Shown: positions 24,751 through 37,614 of the stretch, piece after piece
Layout of the letters: every line of letters begins with the position of its first letter
How positions within the stretch are numbered: position 1 is the first letter of the stretch
From: Callorhinchus milii
Lineage: Eukaryota
Length of the DNA: 64,000 bases
NCBI RefSeq assembly: GCF_018977255.1
Contig: NW_024704743.1
Location: 89,344,001 to 89,408,000, forward strand
Reading direction: 5' to 3'
Translations under genes and position numbers: made by a program
Notes under the pieces: generated by a model
The model's input: only the letters and a program-made list of their open reading frames with translations
The model's database searches: none
Told to the model about the DNA's origin: nothing

Positions 24751-27700
24751 TTGCTATAAAAAGTTGTAACAACTTTTTAAGATTAGGAAAGAAACAATCA
24801 CCCAAAAGTTTTTAAGGAATTTTTTTTAAAAAAAACAGTCCATTCACACCATCAGCATTTACAGAAACTGCTGTTCTGATAAAAACATGCATTCAGGGCA
24901 GTCTCAGTAGTAGACCTCCAGTGTGAACAATTCCTGGGGGTGAAAAAATGCAAAGGATAAAACTTCCATTCAGCATTCTGCGTAGTGCTTTGGTTATACA
25001 TGATCATAATGGGAAAAGCCATTAGTGACCGATATCGCCAAAGGCAATACACATAATACTGAACAGAAATTTTAGCCAAAGATGTGTAAATTGTGCTAAT
25101 TTATTACTAAAGACTGTTCGCAATGTCAATTTGTAGCTTTCGCAACATACAAAAACACACCAATCTTGGCACGGTGCTTGTATGCGCTTCCATGATCTGC
25201 CCGATTCGGAAAAGTGACATTACAGATCATTTCACAGAGTAACAGGTTACCTTAGATTGAGTTACGGCAGTATTCTGTGAAGTGTGAGCAAAACACTGTT
25301 GTCCACAAGCAGAAACAACAACAGCAGGTGATGCTTGTGGGAACAAAGATAAAAATTGAAAATCAGTTTCATATCCAGAAATACCCTGAAGGTGGCTGAT
25401 GTTTGCATGGATCCAGTTACTAATTTATTCTGCTTTCAGATCACCAGGACAGCAGAACAGAAGGACTCAATTTGGGAGTGAAATGGGCAATTTCAAGAGA
25501 GATATCAGGAAACATTTTTTACAGAATCATAGAAATGTGCAGCACAGGAGAAGACCATTTGGTCCATCAAACTGTACTTTCAATCCTAATAATAATAATA
25601 CAATTTTTTTTCAAAAAGCAATAATAAACTGTTCACTTCAATCCATGACCGTAACTGTCATATACCTGTTTACTTCCCTCTTGAAACCCACAATCGACTC
25701 TGCTTCTACCATCCTACATGGCAGGGCATTCCATAGTTTAATAACTCTCTGAGGGTAAATAATTACTTAAACTGGTTACCAGTAAGTGGGGGTTGAGGCC
25801 AGGAACCTGGACTGGTTGTAAAAAACAGCATAATGCTGTGATGTGAGGATGGTAGGATAGGTATTTTGAAAGGGTGAGATCAGATGGGCTGAAGAGCCTT
25901 CTTCACCTGAATTTCTCATGATCTTAACAGATTTATCTAATTATCATCTGGAATCTATTATGAAACATCAAATTTCTTACCCCCAATGAACCATTATATT
26001 AACTGAAAAACATGAAGCTGGGAAGCAATTATTGCCTATTCAGATGGTCTCCATTTGTCCAACTGATGATTACAACAGTCAGAGCAAAGGAGAAAAATCA
26101 GTGAGATCACGAGCAAAGCAAATATGGTCATTGGTCTAGGTAGAGCACACTTAGCAATGAGACATTTGATATGAACGTATGAGGAATAACTTTGAACAAA
26201 GCATGACATAGTCCAGGTTTAATCCTTTATCTTGTTGAAGTACAAAACACAATTGAGCACACTTGTCTCATGGGCTGGACTGGTGTACTTGACTCTATAC
26301 ATAGATAGATAGGATTAGGGTCCCCTCTCCTTTGCTCAGGGTCCGACCTTGTCTTTTAAACTGTTCCAAGACATTATCCTATGTGAAGGGTGCCTTAAAA
26401 ATACAATTTGTTGTAATAGGTAGAAACATTTTAAATTTAATCAGTTTCAAATATCACACAGATTAAACAATAACATTAATAAATCGCCTACTCGGTCACA
26501 TAATATAACAAATCGCAGCAGGACTATAAGTAACACATAAGCCCCTAATATTAGGTATGAAGTTTCTTGTGCTATGGAGAATACCTTTACAGTCGATTCC
26601 TCTTCCCATGTGGGATCCACATCCAACTAATCTCGAGGTTTGCTGGTCAGGACAACCAGGAGAAGCAACATTCTCTTTTCAGATTGTTTCAGTGGATCAT
26701 TAACATCAGCCAAACAGGCAGATGAGACCTTGGCTTAACTTTGCACTTATATCAAGTATCGCACCAACATGTCCTCCAAGACTTCTAGACTTTAAGTTCA
26801 ACTCTAATCTGACATGGTCTTGCACCATAACCTTCTGACCCAGAGATGACAATGCTCCTAACTGAGTCAGAATGGCAGACTCGGGGAAAGGAAACAAGGA
26901 TTAAGAAATGATGGAACTGGATAAGGCATGCTGAAAGTTTAATAGCTAACAGACGGTGGTAGATTGTGACTGTGCAATAGTGGATGTTAACCTGAAGAGA
27001 TCTGACTGCATATATTTCCGATCAAGCATAAAATACGCTACTCATTGCTAGCCCATGTTTTACATTGACATTCTGAGTTATCCATGTAGGAAACAGACAG
27101 AAAAGGAACTGAATATTAAAAGTCATGGCATTTTCATTGTCTATTAATTAAGAATTGCAGCAAATCATTTTGTATTATAACTATTTGGTATTATAACACT
27201 AAAACCTTTAGTGACAGTATGTTGCAATTATCTGTTTATGTAGGATGATAACAATGCATGTGTTAAGTATTTGTAGATTTTTCTTAATATACTGTATTAC
27301 AATTGCTTTAATTCTGTCTAAATCAGTCTGATTCTTTTGGTGATCATGCATTATCTAACTAGCTGTGCTGCATTTCTGAAATTAATTTGTCCAGCAGCCT
27401 GGAAAAAAATCATTAACCTTTTTCGTTTTTTTTCAGCTGGGGAATTAAAAACAGGCAAACTGAGAAGATAAGCAAATAGAGTACAAGAGTTTCAGGGCAA
27501 GGAAGTACATCTCAATTTGTTTCTAAAGCCGAAAATCCCTATTTGGATCAAATCAGAAAAGGTCAGCACTCATCTGAATGTTGATAATGTTGATAATGCC
27601 TTATGAGAGTTTTCCAGAGGAGCTCTCCTAGACCAGACAGAGATCAGACACAGCAACTCAGCTGTTTATTTTATTACACAGCCATCAATAAAATTACCCT

Positions 27701-29189
27701 CTGGCTACAACCCTGAATGCTACATTTAAGAAAATATATTAGGAAATGTCTTGATTTGTCATCTACAAAACTATCAATAAACGTCTTTTTTTGGATTTGG
27801 CAAGTAAATTCAGAATCATGAAGTGCTCAATACTGCATTGTCAACAAAAACTATTATAAAAGATAAATTTTATTTGGCTACAATCTGAGAATGAGGAAAA
27901 TTCGACATGTGATGTGAGATAATTATTATCGGTTTTAATTATCAAATCACAAGCTGCATTCCCCACCCACCATATGTATGTGAAAAATGTACAATTATTG
28001 AAACATCTCTCAGAACTTACTTGTGGGAATTATGTTGTGTTAAAGAACACAGCAATCGCAACTTGACCTCTATGATGTGCTGATCTGACCAGGACTGCTC
28101 TGATTTTAATAACAGAGATCCATAACCAGTAATAGATGAACTAGTGAAGTTATCATCTCAATAATCAGTGTTATTAGGTTGAGCACCTCCATGCTCCCCA
28201 CTGTCCCTGCAACATAATAATAACTGAACAACTCTCAATAACATGACATCTTTAATGTTTCCAAGTCTAAAATCTGCTCAACTTCATTTATTTGTAGGAA
28301 TGTATTGTCTTTCTGCTAGGAAGAAAGCAAACTAATAGCTAGTACCTTTTTAAAAGTCAAATTAATTTCAGAACCCAGCAACCTGAAATTGACTATTGGA
28401 TTCAGTTCAGAATAGTTGGATGCTGAGATGATCAATCTCTTTACAAAGTACTGTCACAGTGGACATCTTTCACCACATTGAATAGGGAGAAAGTGAAGTC
28501 TTGTTATTGGTATGGTTGGTCTGGTGACTGGGCTGTGATTTTCTCCTTGTGAAGTGTCAGGAATATATTATCTGTTGGGATGAGCTTTACTAATCAACCC
28601 ATCCTAAAATCTCATCTTAATTTTCTTATTTTTGTGGATCTGATTTTATAAACATTGACTACCTTTGAAATTTCCAAGTCAAATACTCCACCAGATATAC
28701 AACATTAATTTTCCATTTGCTTTTCACATCAGGTGGACATCTCAAAAGGTTTCACAAAGCCAATTAGGAGCCCAATCTGGGAGTGTGGGGAGCTGAGGAG
28801 GTGGGAAATGGAAAAAAAGTGACCAAAAGCACGGTTGAAAAGTAAACCCTTTCAAGGTGGGAAGGAGGAGGTGAGATGGAGGCATTCCAGAATGGAGTTC
28901 CAGAGAGCTGAGGCAAAGTGACTAAAAATGCATGCATGGATATTGGGGTGGGTTGTTGGGGAGGAAGGTATATGAAGCAGGCCAGAGTTTACTGAGTGGA
29001 AGGAGCAGCCATATATATGTTAAGCCATGGATATACATGTGAATCTTATAAGAATAACAAAAATGGCACACACATGAGCTGGAAATTCAAACTGAATGTT
29101 ATACTTAAGAAGCATATAATTAGAATAAAGACATAACAGAACTGGAATGTTTATTTTGCTTCGGAAAGTAGAGTGCAGTATCAGAGTTA

Positions 29190-29385
29190 CATGGGAGGTT
29201 AAAAACTAGGGCAGGGATTTTAAGGTATAGTATCAACAAAAAAATGTAGTGGGAGTGAAGCCAGATATCTTTTCAGGCCCAGATGGTTTCCACCCAAAGG
29301 TACTAAAATAAATAGCCAAATAAATAGTTACAATCTTTCAACACTCTCTGAATTATGGAGTATTACCAGAGGATTGGAAAGTAAC
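29190..29385 (+). mobile_element. CR1 internal fragment upstream of the RT domain
   Basis: ggcccagatggtttccacccaaaggtactaaaa (GPDGFHPKVLK) and ccagaggattggaaa (PEDWK). Confidence 0.7.
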
Positions 29386-29502
29386 ACATGACATTGTCAT
29401 TCATTTTTTTTTGGTCAGCTGGTTATCTGACATATTTGTAAACCCATCACCATGCTTAAGAGTATCCAAACCAAGCTGAGATTCCAGGCATCCCACCTAC
29501 AT

Positions 29503-29714
29503 ATAATAATAATCCCTCCAAAACCAAAAACAATAATAAATTGGTCATTTTCAATCTACGACTGTTTGTGGGACATTGCTGTGCGCAATTGCCTGCCGCG
29601 TTCGCCCACAAATATACAGTCAATTCACTTTACAGTGTGTTCTGTGAAGCGCTTTGAGACGTCCTCCCGACGTGAAAAGCGCTATATCAAATGCAAGGAT
29701 TATTATTATTATTA
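29503..29714 (+). mobile_element. Young SINE, 5'-truncated, inserted into an older element
   Basis: Near-identical to 54171-54382; tacat repeated on both sides; the host element resumes after it. Confidence 0.9.
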
Positions 29715-29775
29715 CATGTGGAAATCCCAAAGATAGATTGTTAGAATGGAATGCGCACTTTCTTCATGGAGGGAC

Positions 29776-31000
29776 ATAGAAAGAAAGGAACAGGTGTAGG
29801 CCATTCAACCCTTTGAGCCTGTTCCGCCATTCTATAAGATCATGGCTGATCTGCACCTCAAATCCAATTACCTACCCTTGCCCCATACCCCTTGATATCC
29901 TGACCTAACAAATATCTATTCACCTCAGTCTTGAAAATGTGAATGGATTCCATTCACAGTCTTTTGTGGGGAGAGTGCTCCAGATTGCCACTCCCCTTTG
30001 GGTGAAAAACTGCCTCCCGATTTCACTCTGAAATGGCATAGCTATAATTATAAGGTTATGTCCCGTTGTTCTGGATTCCCCTCCCAGAAGAAATAGTTTT
30101 TCTGCATATACCCTATCAAATCCCTTTATTATTTTAAAAACCTCAATCAGATTACCCCTCAACCTTCTAAACTCAAGGGAATAGAGACCAAGTTTGTGCA
30201 ATCTGTCCTCATCATTTAATCCTTTAAACCCTGCTATCATTCTGGTGAATCTACGCTGCACCATCTCCAGACCCAATATATCCTTCCTGAGGTGCCCCAA
30301 ACTGAACACAGTACTCCAGATGGTGTCTGACCAAGGATCCATATAGTTGAGGCATTATTTCCTCTCCTTTATATTCCATCCCCTTGAGATAAAGGCCAGT
30401 ATCCCATTAAACATTTTGCTCTTTTTTATATTCACGTGAGCTTTTATTTTAGTGAATTGTGGTACGCGGACACCCAAATCCTTTTGCTCCTCCACAGTTC
30501 TTAATATATCACTATTTAGAAAATATTCTAGTTTTCTACTTTTGTACCCATAATGGATGACCTCACACTTCCACACACTGAATTCCATCTGCCACATTTT
30601 TTCCCACTCGCTTAACCTGTCCAAATCCCTTTGTAACTGCTCCCATCTATACAATTTACTGTGCTTCCTAACTTTGTGCCATCTGCAAATATTGATATAA
30701 AACTCTATTCCTTCATCCAAGTCATTTATATATGGTGAAAAGCTGAGCTCCCAATACAGACCCCTGGGGAACACTATTTCTCATGCCCTGTCAACCAGGG
30801 AATGTTCCCTCTATTCCTACTCTCTGATTCCTGCCTCCCAACCAATTGCCAAGCCACATTGCAAGGTTACCTCCAACTCCATAAGCTTTGATGTTTGCTA
30901 ATAAACTCTTGAGCAGAACCTGAGCAAATAGCTTCTAAAAGTCCATGTAGACGATGTCCATAGACACTTTCTTATCCACTATGTTAGTGACCTCCTCAAA
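29776..31000 (-). mobile_element. CR1 LINE, 5'-truncated ~1.2 kb (RT C-terminal part to 3' end), frameshifted
   Basis: ORFs 30355..30774 (INDLDEGIE...LQRDLDRLSEW) and 29920..30342 (LEMVQRRFTRMI...LGLYSLEFRRLRGNLIEVFKII). Confidence 0.95.
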
Positions 31001-31330
31001 AGGTACGGTTGAAGTGGAAGGTCTTTAGATGGGCCTTGAATGAGGCAAGTGAGGGGGGGAGGTGGAGGGATTGCGGGATAGAGTTCCAGAGCATGGGGGC
31101 AGTGATGTTGAATGCCTGACCGCCATTGGTGGGGTTGGAATTGCGGAGGTCCTGAAGCAGGCAAGGCAAGCGGAGGGAGCGGACAGGCTGATATGAGGTT
31201 AGGAGGTTGGAGAGGTAGGAGGGAGCAAGACCATGGAAGGCTTTGAAGGTGGAAACGAGGGTTTTGTACTCAATTCTCTGAGGCATGGGGAGACAGTGAA
31301 GCCGGGCAAGAACGGGGGTGATTGGTTCAA
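31001..31330 (-). mobile_element. L2 fragment lacking its 3' UTR, abutting the CR1
   Basis: PITPVLARLHCLPMPQRIEYKTLV...GLAPSYLS...WNSIP...FKAHLKT in ORF 30996..31433. Confidence 0.9.
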
Positions 31331-32109
31331 ACATCCGATAAGCATGGGTTTGAGCCCTCACTAAATGGATGGTAGGTTCAAGGAACTCCCTACGAGTTTC
31401 CTGATGGGAAACACATCTCAGAATGAAATTCATAAGAGCATTGCCACTGTCTTCCTATCCGTAGCTTGGTCACATGTGCCTTCCCATCGAGCGATGGTTC
31501 CATCAGTTGGAGGTGCGGAGTTTAACCAGCAGCTGTTTGCCTCACTGCAGGCTAACCAAGGCGGATTCCGGGCGCTGGACATACGAACGTGTGTTCACAA
31601 ACTTGGACTCCAGTAACGCCTTCCAGTAGCTGTTGCCCCAAGCCTCAGAGATTTTTCATCAGCTATCTGGTGGGCATCTGCTTTCAGTGTGGTGGGTGAC
31701 ACAATACCTTGTGACATGCTAGCCATCTTGATGTTCTCAAGTTTCAAGTCCAATGCTGCATACCAGGCTTACTCAGCACCAGCTGCTTAATCCAGGTCCT
31801 CATCCAAGGAGCCTTGGCAAATAGACGTACCGGCTGTGAAGCCCCCTCCACCTCCAGGGTCCTTAACAACAGGCCAGTGTAGGCCGGAGCCTTCCCACCC
31901 TGTAGCTGCTTCCCGTGTTTGTCATCATCCACCTCACTGCTTGATCCTGGACTTTGCAGATGGATTGAGGAAGCCTCAGGAGCTCAGATCCATAAAGGAG
32001 TTATTCACGAAACAAGAAAGGGACAAACCAAATAACTATAAGCCTGTGAGCTTAAGTTGAGTTGAAAGAATCTTGGTTTTCACTCAAACATTTGCCTGCA
32101 AAGATACAA

Positions 32110-32610
32110 GGTCATTTCACTTTACAGTAAATGTCGTGAAGCACTTTGAGAAGTCCTCCCAATGTGTGCTATATCAAATGCAAGGATTATTTTCATTATG
32201 AAGGACCAAGTTATGGAATATAGGGGAATATATTTAACTTTCCAAACTGAGTGCTGCAATGATTTGTTGAGAAGTGAGAAGAAAATTGTAAAAGGATATA
32301 GTTTCACACAGTAAGATGCCAGAAACAGCCACAAAATAAATGACCAATTTTATTTGGGAAATTATTGACCTGGACACAGGAAAAAACTCCCTTCTCTTTT
32401 TGAATTGTGTCCTGAGATCTTTAACATCCACCTGGTCAAGCAGACTGGATGTCAGTTTAAAATGTCTCATTTGAAGGACAGCACCTCCAACAACACAGCA
32501 CACCACCAGCCACACATTGCAGTGTCAGTCTGGACAATGTGATTTCACATTCCCGATATGCGACTTGAACCCACAACCTTCTGACTCAGAGGTGAGAGTA
32601 CTACCAACTA
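32110..32610 (-). mobile_element. Deu-domain SINE with intervening fragments
   Basis: Head cttgaacccacaaccttctgactcagagg...agtactacc and Deu core on the minus strand. Confidence 0.8.
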
Positions 32611-34429
32611 TGCTAGGCTAACACCAGTTTTGATGGAATTAATGGTCTTTTCTTTCCTTGTATTTTCTTATATTTAAAATAAAGGAACAATTGAGTTAAA
32701 ATGAAGAGAATGAAATTGAGCTGAAATAGAGACATTGTGATCACGAATTTGGGACAAATTGGCCAACTTGTAACTGTGTCCAAGAGGAGGAAGGGGTTAA
32801 TAAGCAGAGTCTCCATGGGGCCAAGCTGATTCTGAGACCCTTGGTCAAGTAAACTTTCCAAGTTGGGCATTGTAATTCAAAACCAGAGCAATGCGGGCCC
32901 ACAGTACTCCAATGATTGACCAGCCTGCCTAGTTCACTAATGGGACTTGGAGTAGACACACCACAGGAGCTGTCATTCTTGGCTCCTGATAACACTATTA
33001 CCCAATGCTTTGGGTGTAGATGGTAAGCTGGTTAGCAGCAGGAAGCTTACTTGCACCTCTCCGTAATTAAAGGAATCATTTTAACAATTAAATCGCATCA
33101 GTACCCCCAATGTACTTTTACGATCATTAATGCATTTGGTAATGCCATCCTACACCTGTATTCTCTAGACAGCCAGGAATGATGTGCTCTTTCTCTCCCT
33201 TCTTCTCCACCCCTAATCACTCAATTATGGAGAGATTGCTCATTACAGGGATAGCAGATTGGAACTCTGCTTTTTGTGATTTTCTCAATGACAGGCCTGG
33301 AGACTCTGAAGCAAAGCATGGGGTTCCCATGCAGGTCAAGCCACTGAGCTGGCGATTTGAAAATAAGAGAGAAAGCAACAGTTCAGGAAGAAATATGAAT
33401 GAGAATAACCCAGAAAAAAATGGAAAACACATATTTTGGGAGAAATGGAAATCAATTTAAACTCCAGGGATCCTTTCCTTCTTGTATTTCCTGTTCCCTT
33501 TATGAAATATAGGTGTAGAAAATTTACAACTCAGAGGGGCATCATGTAGCGTAATGTGACTGTACTGAGACTAACTCCCTCATTGGAACAATGTACTTTA
33601 ATCCCATTCCTCTGCTCCTCCACCCCTTATGATTTAATATTATGTTTTCTCAAGTATTTATCCAATTCCCTTTTAAATGCTCTTATGGGATCAGTTTGAT
33701 CAGTCATTTGTGAGAACATATTCCACATTCTAGGAACCCCCTGTGTGAAACCATTTCTTCCAGCTTCTTCAACCAGAGGAAATCAAACATAAACATGTCT
33801 GTCACCACTCTAACGTTATTAACACTGGTGCTTTCTGTGCTTTTAAACACTGCTTACAAGACTCAAGTAAATCCACAGAAGACAGTTCTGTCCTAGTGTG
33901 ACTAGTTTTGTCTATCTCTGCTGTAAAAATGTTCTTATTTTAAGCTCCTTAGAAATCCAATGAACTCCTCAATCACCATGTCTACAACAACCGGCCAGAA
34001 AACAATCAATCCATGAAATGACGATGTAAAGTACAGAACTGGCTGAAAAAAGACTAACATGATAATTAACCTATGGGTTACTTCTGGCCACACGCCCTGC
34101 TCCCTCTGTGAGTACTGGTACTTCAAATCCATCTTGAATGACAGACACAGTAAAGAAAGCAATCTTCTAACTGGAGTCTGATTTAAGTCTACCAGCTGGC
34201 TCTTCTCCTTGTCCAATTTAGGTGTCATGTGTTATTGATACATAGCTGTGGCTTTCCATTTCATTAAAAGCAATTGACAGATAGCAATGTGTTTAAAAGG
34301 ATAAGCAACACCAGAATCCATACCAGCAGTAATGCCAGTCACAAGCCCATCTAGTTATCTTCCATTTATTTAGTGTCGTGCACATAAAAGTATATCTCAA
34401 AAGACCTGACAGTGTCATTTATCAATGTC

Positions 34430-35225
34430 AACTAAAGGCACAATAGAATATGTATTATTTTGGGAAGTTTTTGAAGGCAGGAAGAGAGGTAACAAGGCAC
34501 ACAAGTTTAGGTGGACACTTCCAGATGACGAAGGTACAATGAGTGAGGGAAGGCAGTGAGCAGGCAACAATAGACTGAAGTAGGAAGTGAGGAGAGTGTA
34601 CAAAATGGGCTGTAGAACTGGTGAAGATGGTATAGGAAAGGAGGTGGGACAAGAATGTGGAGGGATTTGTAACCTTAAAACAAATCTCAAACTTAATCCT
34701 CTTAAACCTTGAGAATTGATCAAGTTTGGTGAGATTTAGGCCATTGGGTGAGTGGAGCCTTATGTGGAAAAGGAACTTGATCTGCAGAAATCTGGATCAG
34801 TTGAAGTTTCTAAAGAGGGATTTTAGAGGTCAATGAGGAGAGCATTGGAAAAAATTATCTTCATGATGAAGGCTGTCATGTTTCACCCACAAAATACACA
34901 GTCACTACACATTACAATATGTTTTGTTTTGCCCACAAAATATACAGTCAATGTATTGGGGTACTGTACTGGCACAAATGGTAATGTTATGAAGGGGAAA
35001 GAACATAACATTTGTAATATAACTTGATTGGAAGATTTGAAATTCATCTCAGGAGGAAGCAGAATGCTATGATTGAGCAACGTGGGTTCAAGCTGAGCAA
35101 GTGGCAGGGAGGTCGATGGAATCCAAGCCAGAGGCATGAAGATGCTGGCCAGAGCTTCAGTCATGTTGATGTTTATTTGCAGAAAGTTGCACCTCATCCA
35201 GCACTCGATGTCAGACCGGAACCAA
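34430..35225 (-). mobile_element. Old L2 fragment, interrupted
   Basis: WMRCNFLQININMTEAL (ORF 34883..35197) plus degenerate downstream L2 motifs. Confidence 0.7.
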
Positions 35226-35239
35226 TTGTTAATTTCCCT

Positions 35240-35862
35240 TTAGGTAGAGATATACTTCCTGAAATTGCCCATTGTAACCCAAATCCTGTGTCCTCTTGTT
35301 CTTTTGTCTCAGTGCATCCAAAACCTTTAAAAAATTAAACTCCATACCTCCATTACCTGAGTCCTTGTCAAACTCCATTGGCTCCCTGTCACAGAGCGAA
35401 TTGATTTCAAGATCCTCACTCTTGTATTTAAATCCCTTCATGCCCTGGCACTCTCCTGTCTTTCCAACCTGCTCTCTCCCTACACCACTACCTGCTGCTT
35501 CCACTTGGCTGGCTCTCGCCTCCTCCTTGTCCGTCAGATCATTCGCCCCACCGTCGGCAGACATGCTTTCAGCCACGACGCCCTGAAGCTGTGGAACTCT
35601 CTACCTCAATTCCTTCGCCTTGCTCCCTCTCTCCCTATGTAAAGGGCTTTGCGTCTTGAAGATATGAGAAGGCGCTGTATCAAATGCAAGGATTATTATT
35701 ATTATCATTAATTTTAGGTTGCACTTGAAGTTCTTCCTATTCAACCATGATTATGGTCACCTTCCCCCTCCCCTGGCTTGGCATCAGGTTCCGACCCTGT
35801 TAAACCTTCTAGATGCTGTCCGGCGTGAAGGGCACTATATAAATGCAAATTGTTGTTGTTGT
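35240..35862 (+). mobile_element. L2 3' fragment interrupted by a SINE tail (~35645-35705)
   Basis: ctccattggctccct...ttcaagatcctc...tggaactctct motifs; (TTG)n tail at ~35850-35862. Confidence 0.85.
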
Positions 35863-37614
35863 TATCTTTTCTATCGGGATTGTTGGACCAACGTGATACA
35901 GTGGTGATAAATATGTTAATGATGGAGCTTGAAGAGAAAGCAAACAAAGTGAAGTGGAATCATCCTCTCTGCGTTCATCAAAGCTATTTTGGTGATGGAT
36001 GCTGGATAATTATATTACAAGGGAAGCAATAACATGTGATTTAGCACATTTGCAAATGTTGAGTTAAGCTGTTCGATGGAACTTTAGATGCAACAATAAA
36101 AATGAATCAGCTTAACTAGTGAAAAGAGCCACTTGATCACTATTAAAAACTTTGAATTATTTTGTACTTGATGGGAGATGAAGAATGACGGCTTGCCAAA
36201 CTCATTCTTAAGCTTACGATACATTTTAGGAAGCAGAAGGGAAACATGCTAAACTAAAGACATAGATAGTTTTCAAGTAATATGCTGATGATCATTTTAT
36301 TTCTGTGCCTTGCGCTAAGATCAGAAAATGTTTCTGCACACAGAAGGATGTGAAAATATAGAGGCAGAATTATTTTTTTATAAAAGGCAAATGATAGATA
36401 TTTGGAATTGAAGGCATTAAAAAATATAGAGGAAAGGTGGAGAAACAGGATGAAAAGTCCTGTTATGATTTAATAAATTGGTGGAACAGACACAACAAGC
36501 TGGATGACTTCTTATTGTTGCTGTGCTGAAGATGTATAATTCAGTGAAAAGGTAAAGGAGAGGGAGAATACACCCCTCCATATTGAGGAGATGGTGAGAA
36601 GAGACAGGTATTTAGGGTTAACGACCATCAAACTGATAGGTTCAAAAGGAAATGTTCTGTTTCCTGTCATACAAATATTCATGTTCTTTTGATAGTTGAT
36701 TACCATGTCCTTGACTCAGCAATTTCAGTAATTGTGCCTTGTATATGACAACCTGTGTGAATGACAATGGAAGGAATAGAATAAAAACACCTTTGATTTA
36801 ACAGTTAGCATGAATCTTCCATTTGCACTTAAGCCAGGAAGCAAACAATCTGTTCGAAATGCTAACCCTACCTAGTAAGGTACCATATTACATATGGAAT
36901 AGCAGTTAGCTTGGAGTGTGTTGCTGAGTTTCAATATCATTTTGAGAATTGGACCAAGTGATCTCATGACCCATGTCAGCCTAAATTAAATTCTTGTGAA
37001 ATTCTATGAGTTGTGTTAGCACTTGCAGATTCTATTAAATAGCAACATATTTCTGGGCACTCCAGGCTATATCACAATGTAGGGTTTCAGATGATCTTTA
37101 TAAATAATAATCATGATCCTTGCATTTCATACTGTGCCTTAACATGTGGACAAAATCTGAAAATGCTTCACAGGATTTTATTGTAAAGCGAATATGTATT
37201 TGTGAGAGGACAAATGAGATTAGTGATGTAATCAAAGCTTGTCACACACTTGTTGAAATAACTGAGAGACAAGGGCGTATGGAGTGTGCCTTTTCACTGA
37301 ATTTTCAGCACAGGAATAATAAGAAGCCATTCAACCTGTTGTGCCTATTCATTAAGTCGAGGCAGGTTTTTTCATCCTATTTCTCCATCTTTCCTCAATA
37401 GGGTGCATAATCTTCTTTCAATTGTGCAACGATAGCCCAATTACTTATTCAGGCAGTGCATAGGAGAACAACAAGAATCATCGTCAGTGTTGGAGAATGA
37501 GCTATGAGCAACAATTAGACAAGCTACTGCACAAGTATGCAAGATTTTAAATGGGATAAACACAGAACAATACTTTCAAATGTACCAAAACAGCAGAACA
37601 AGATGACACAGGTT

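Noticed and set aside
34430..35862. Twin-priming inversion of one L2
   Set aside because: The minus and plus pieces cover overlapping parts of L2, so they are independent copies.
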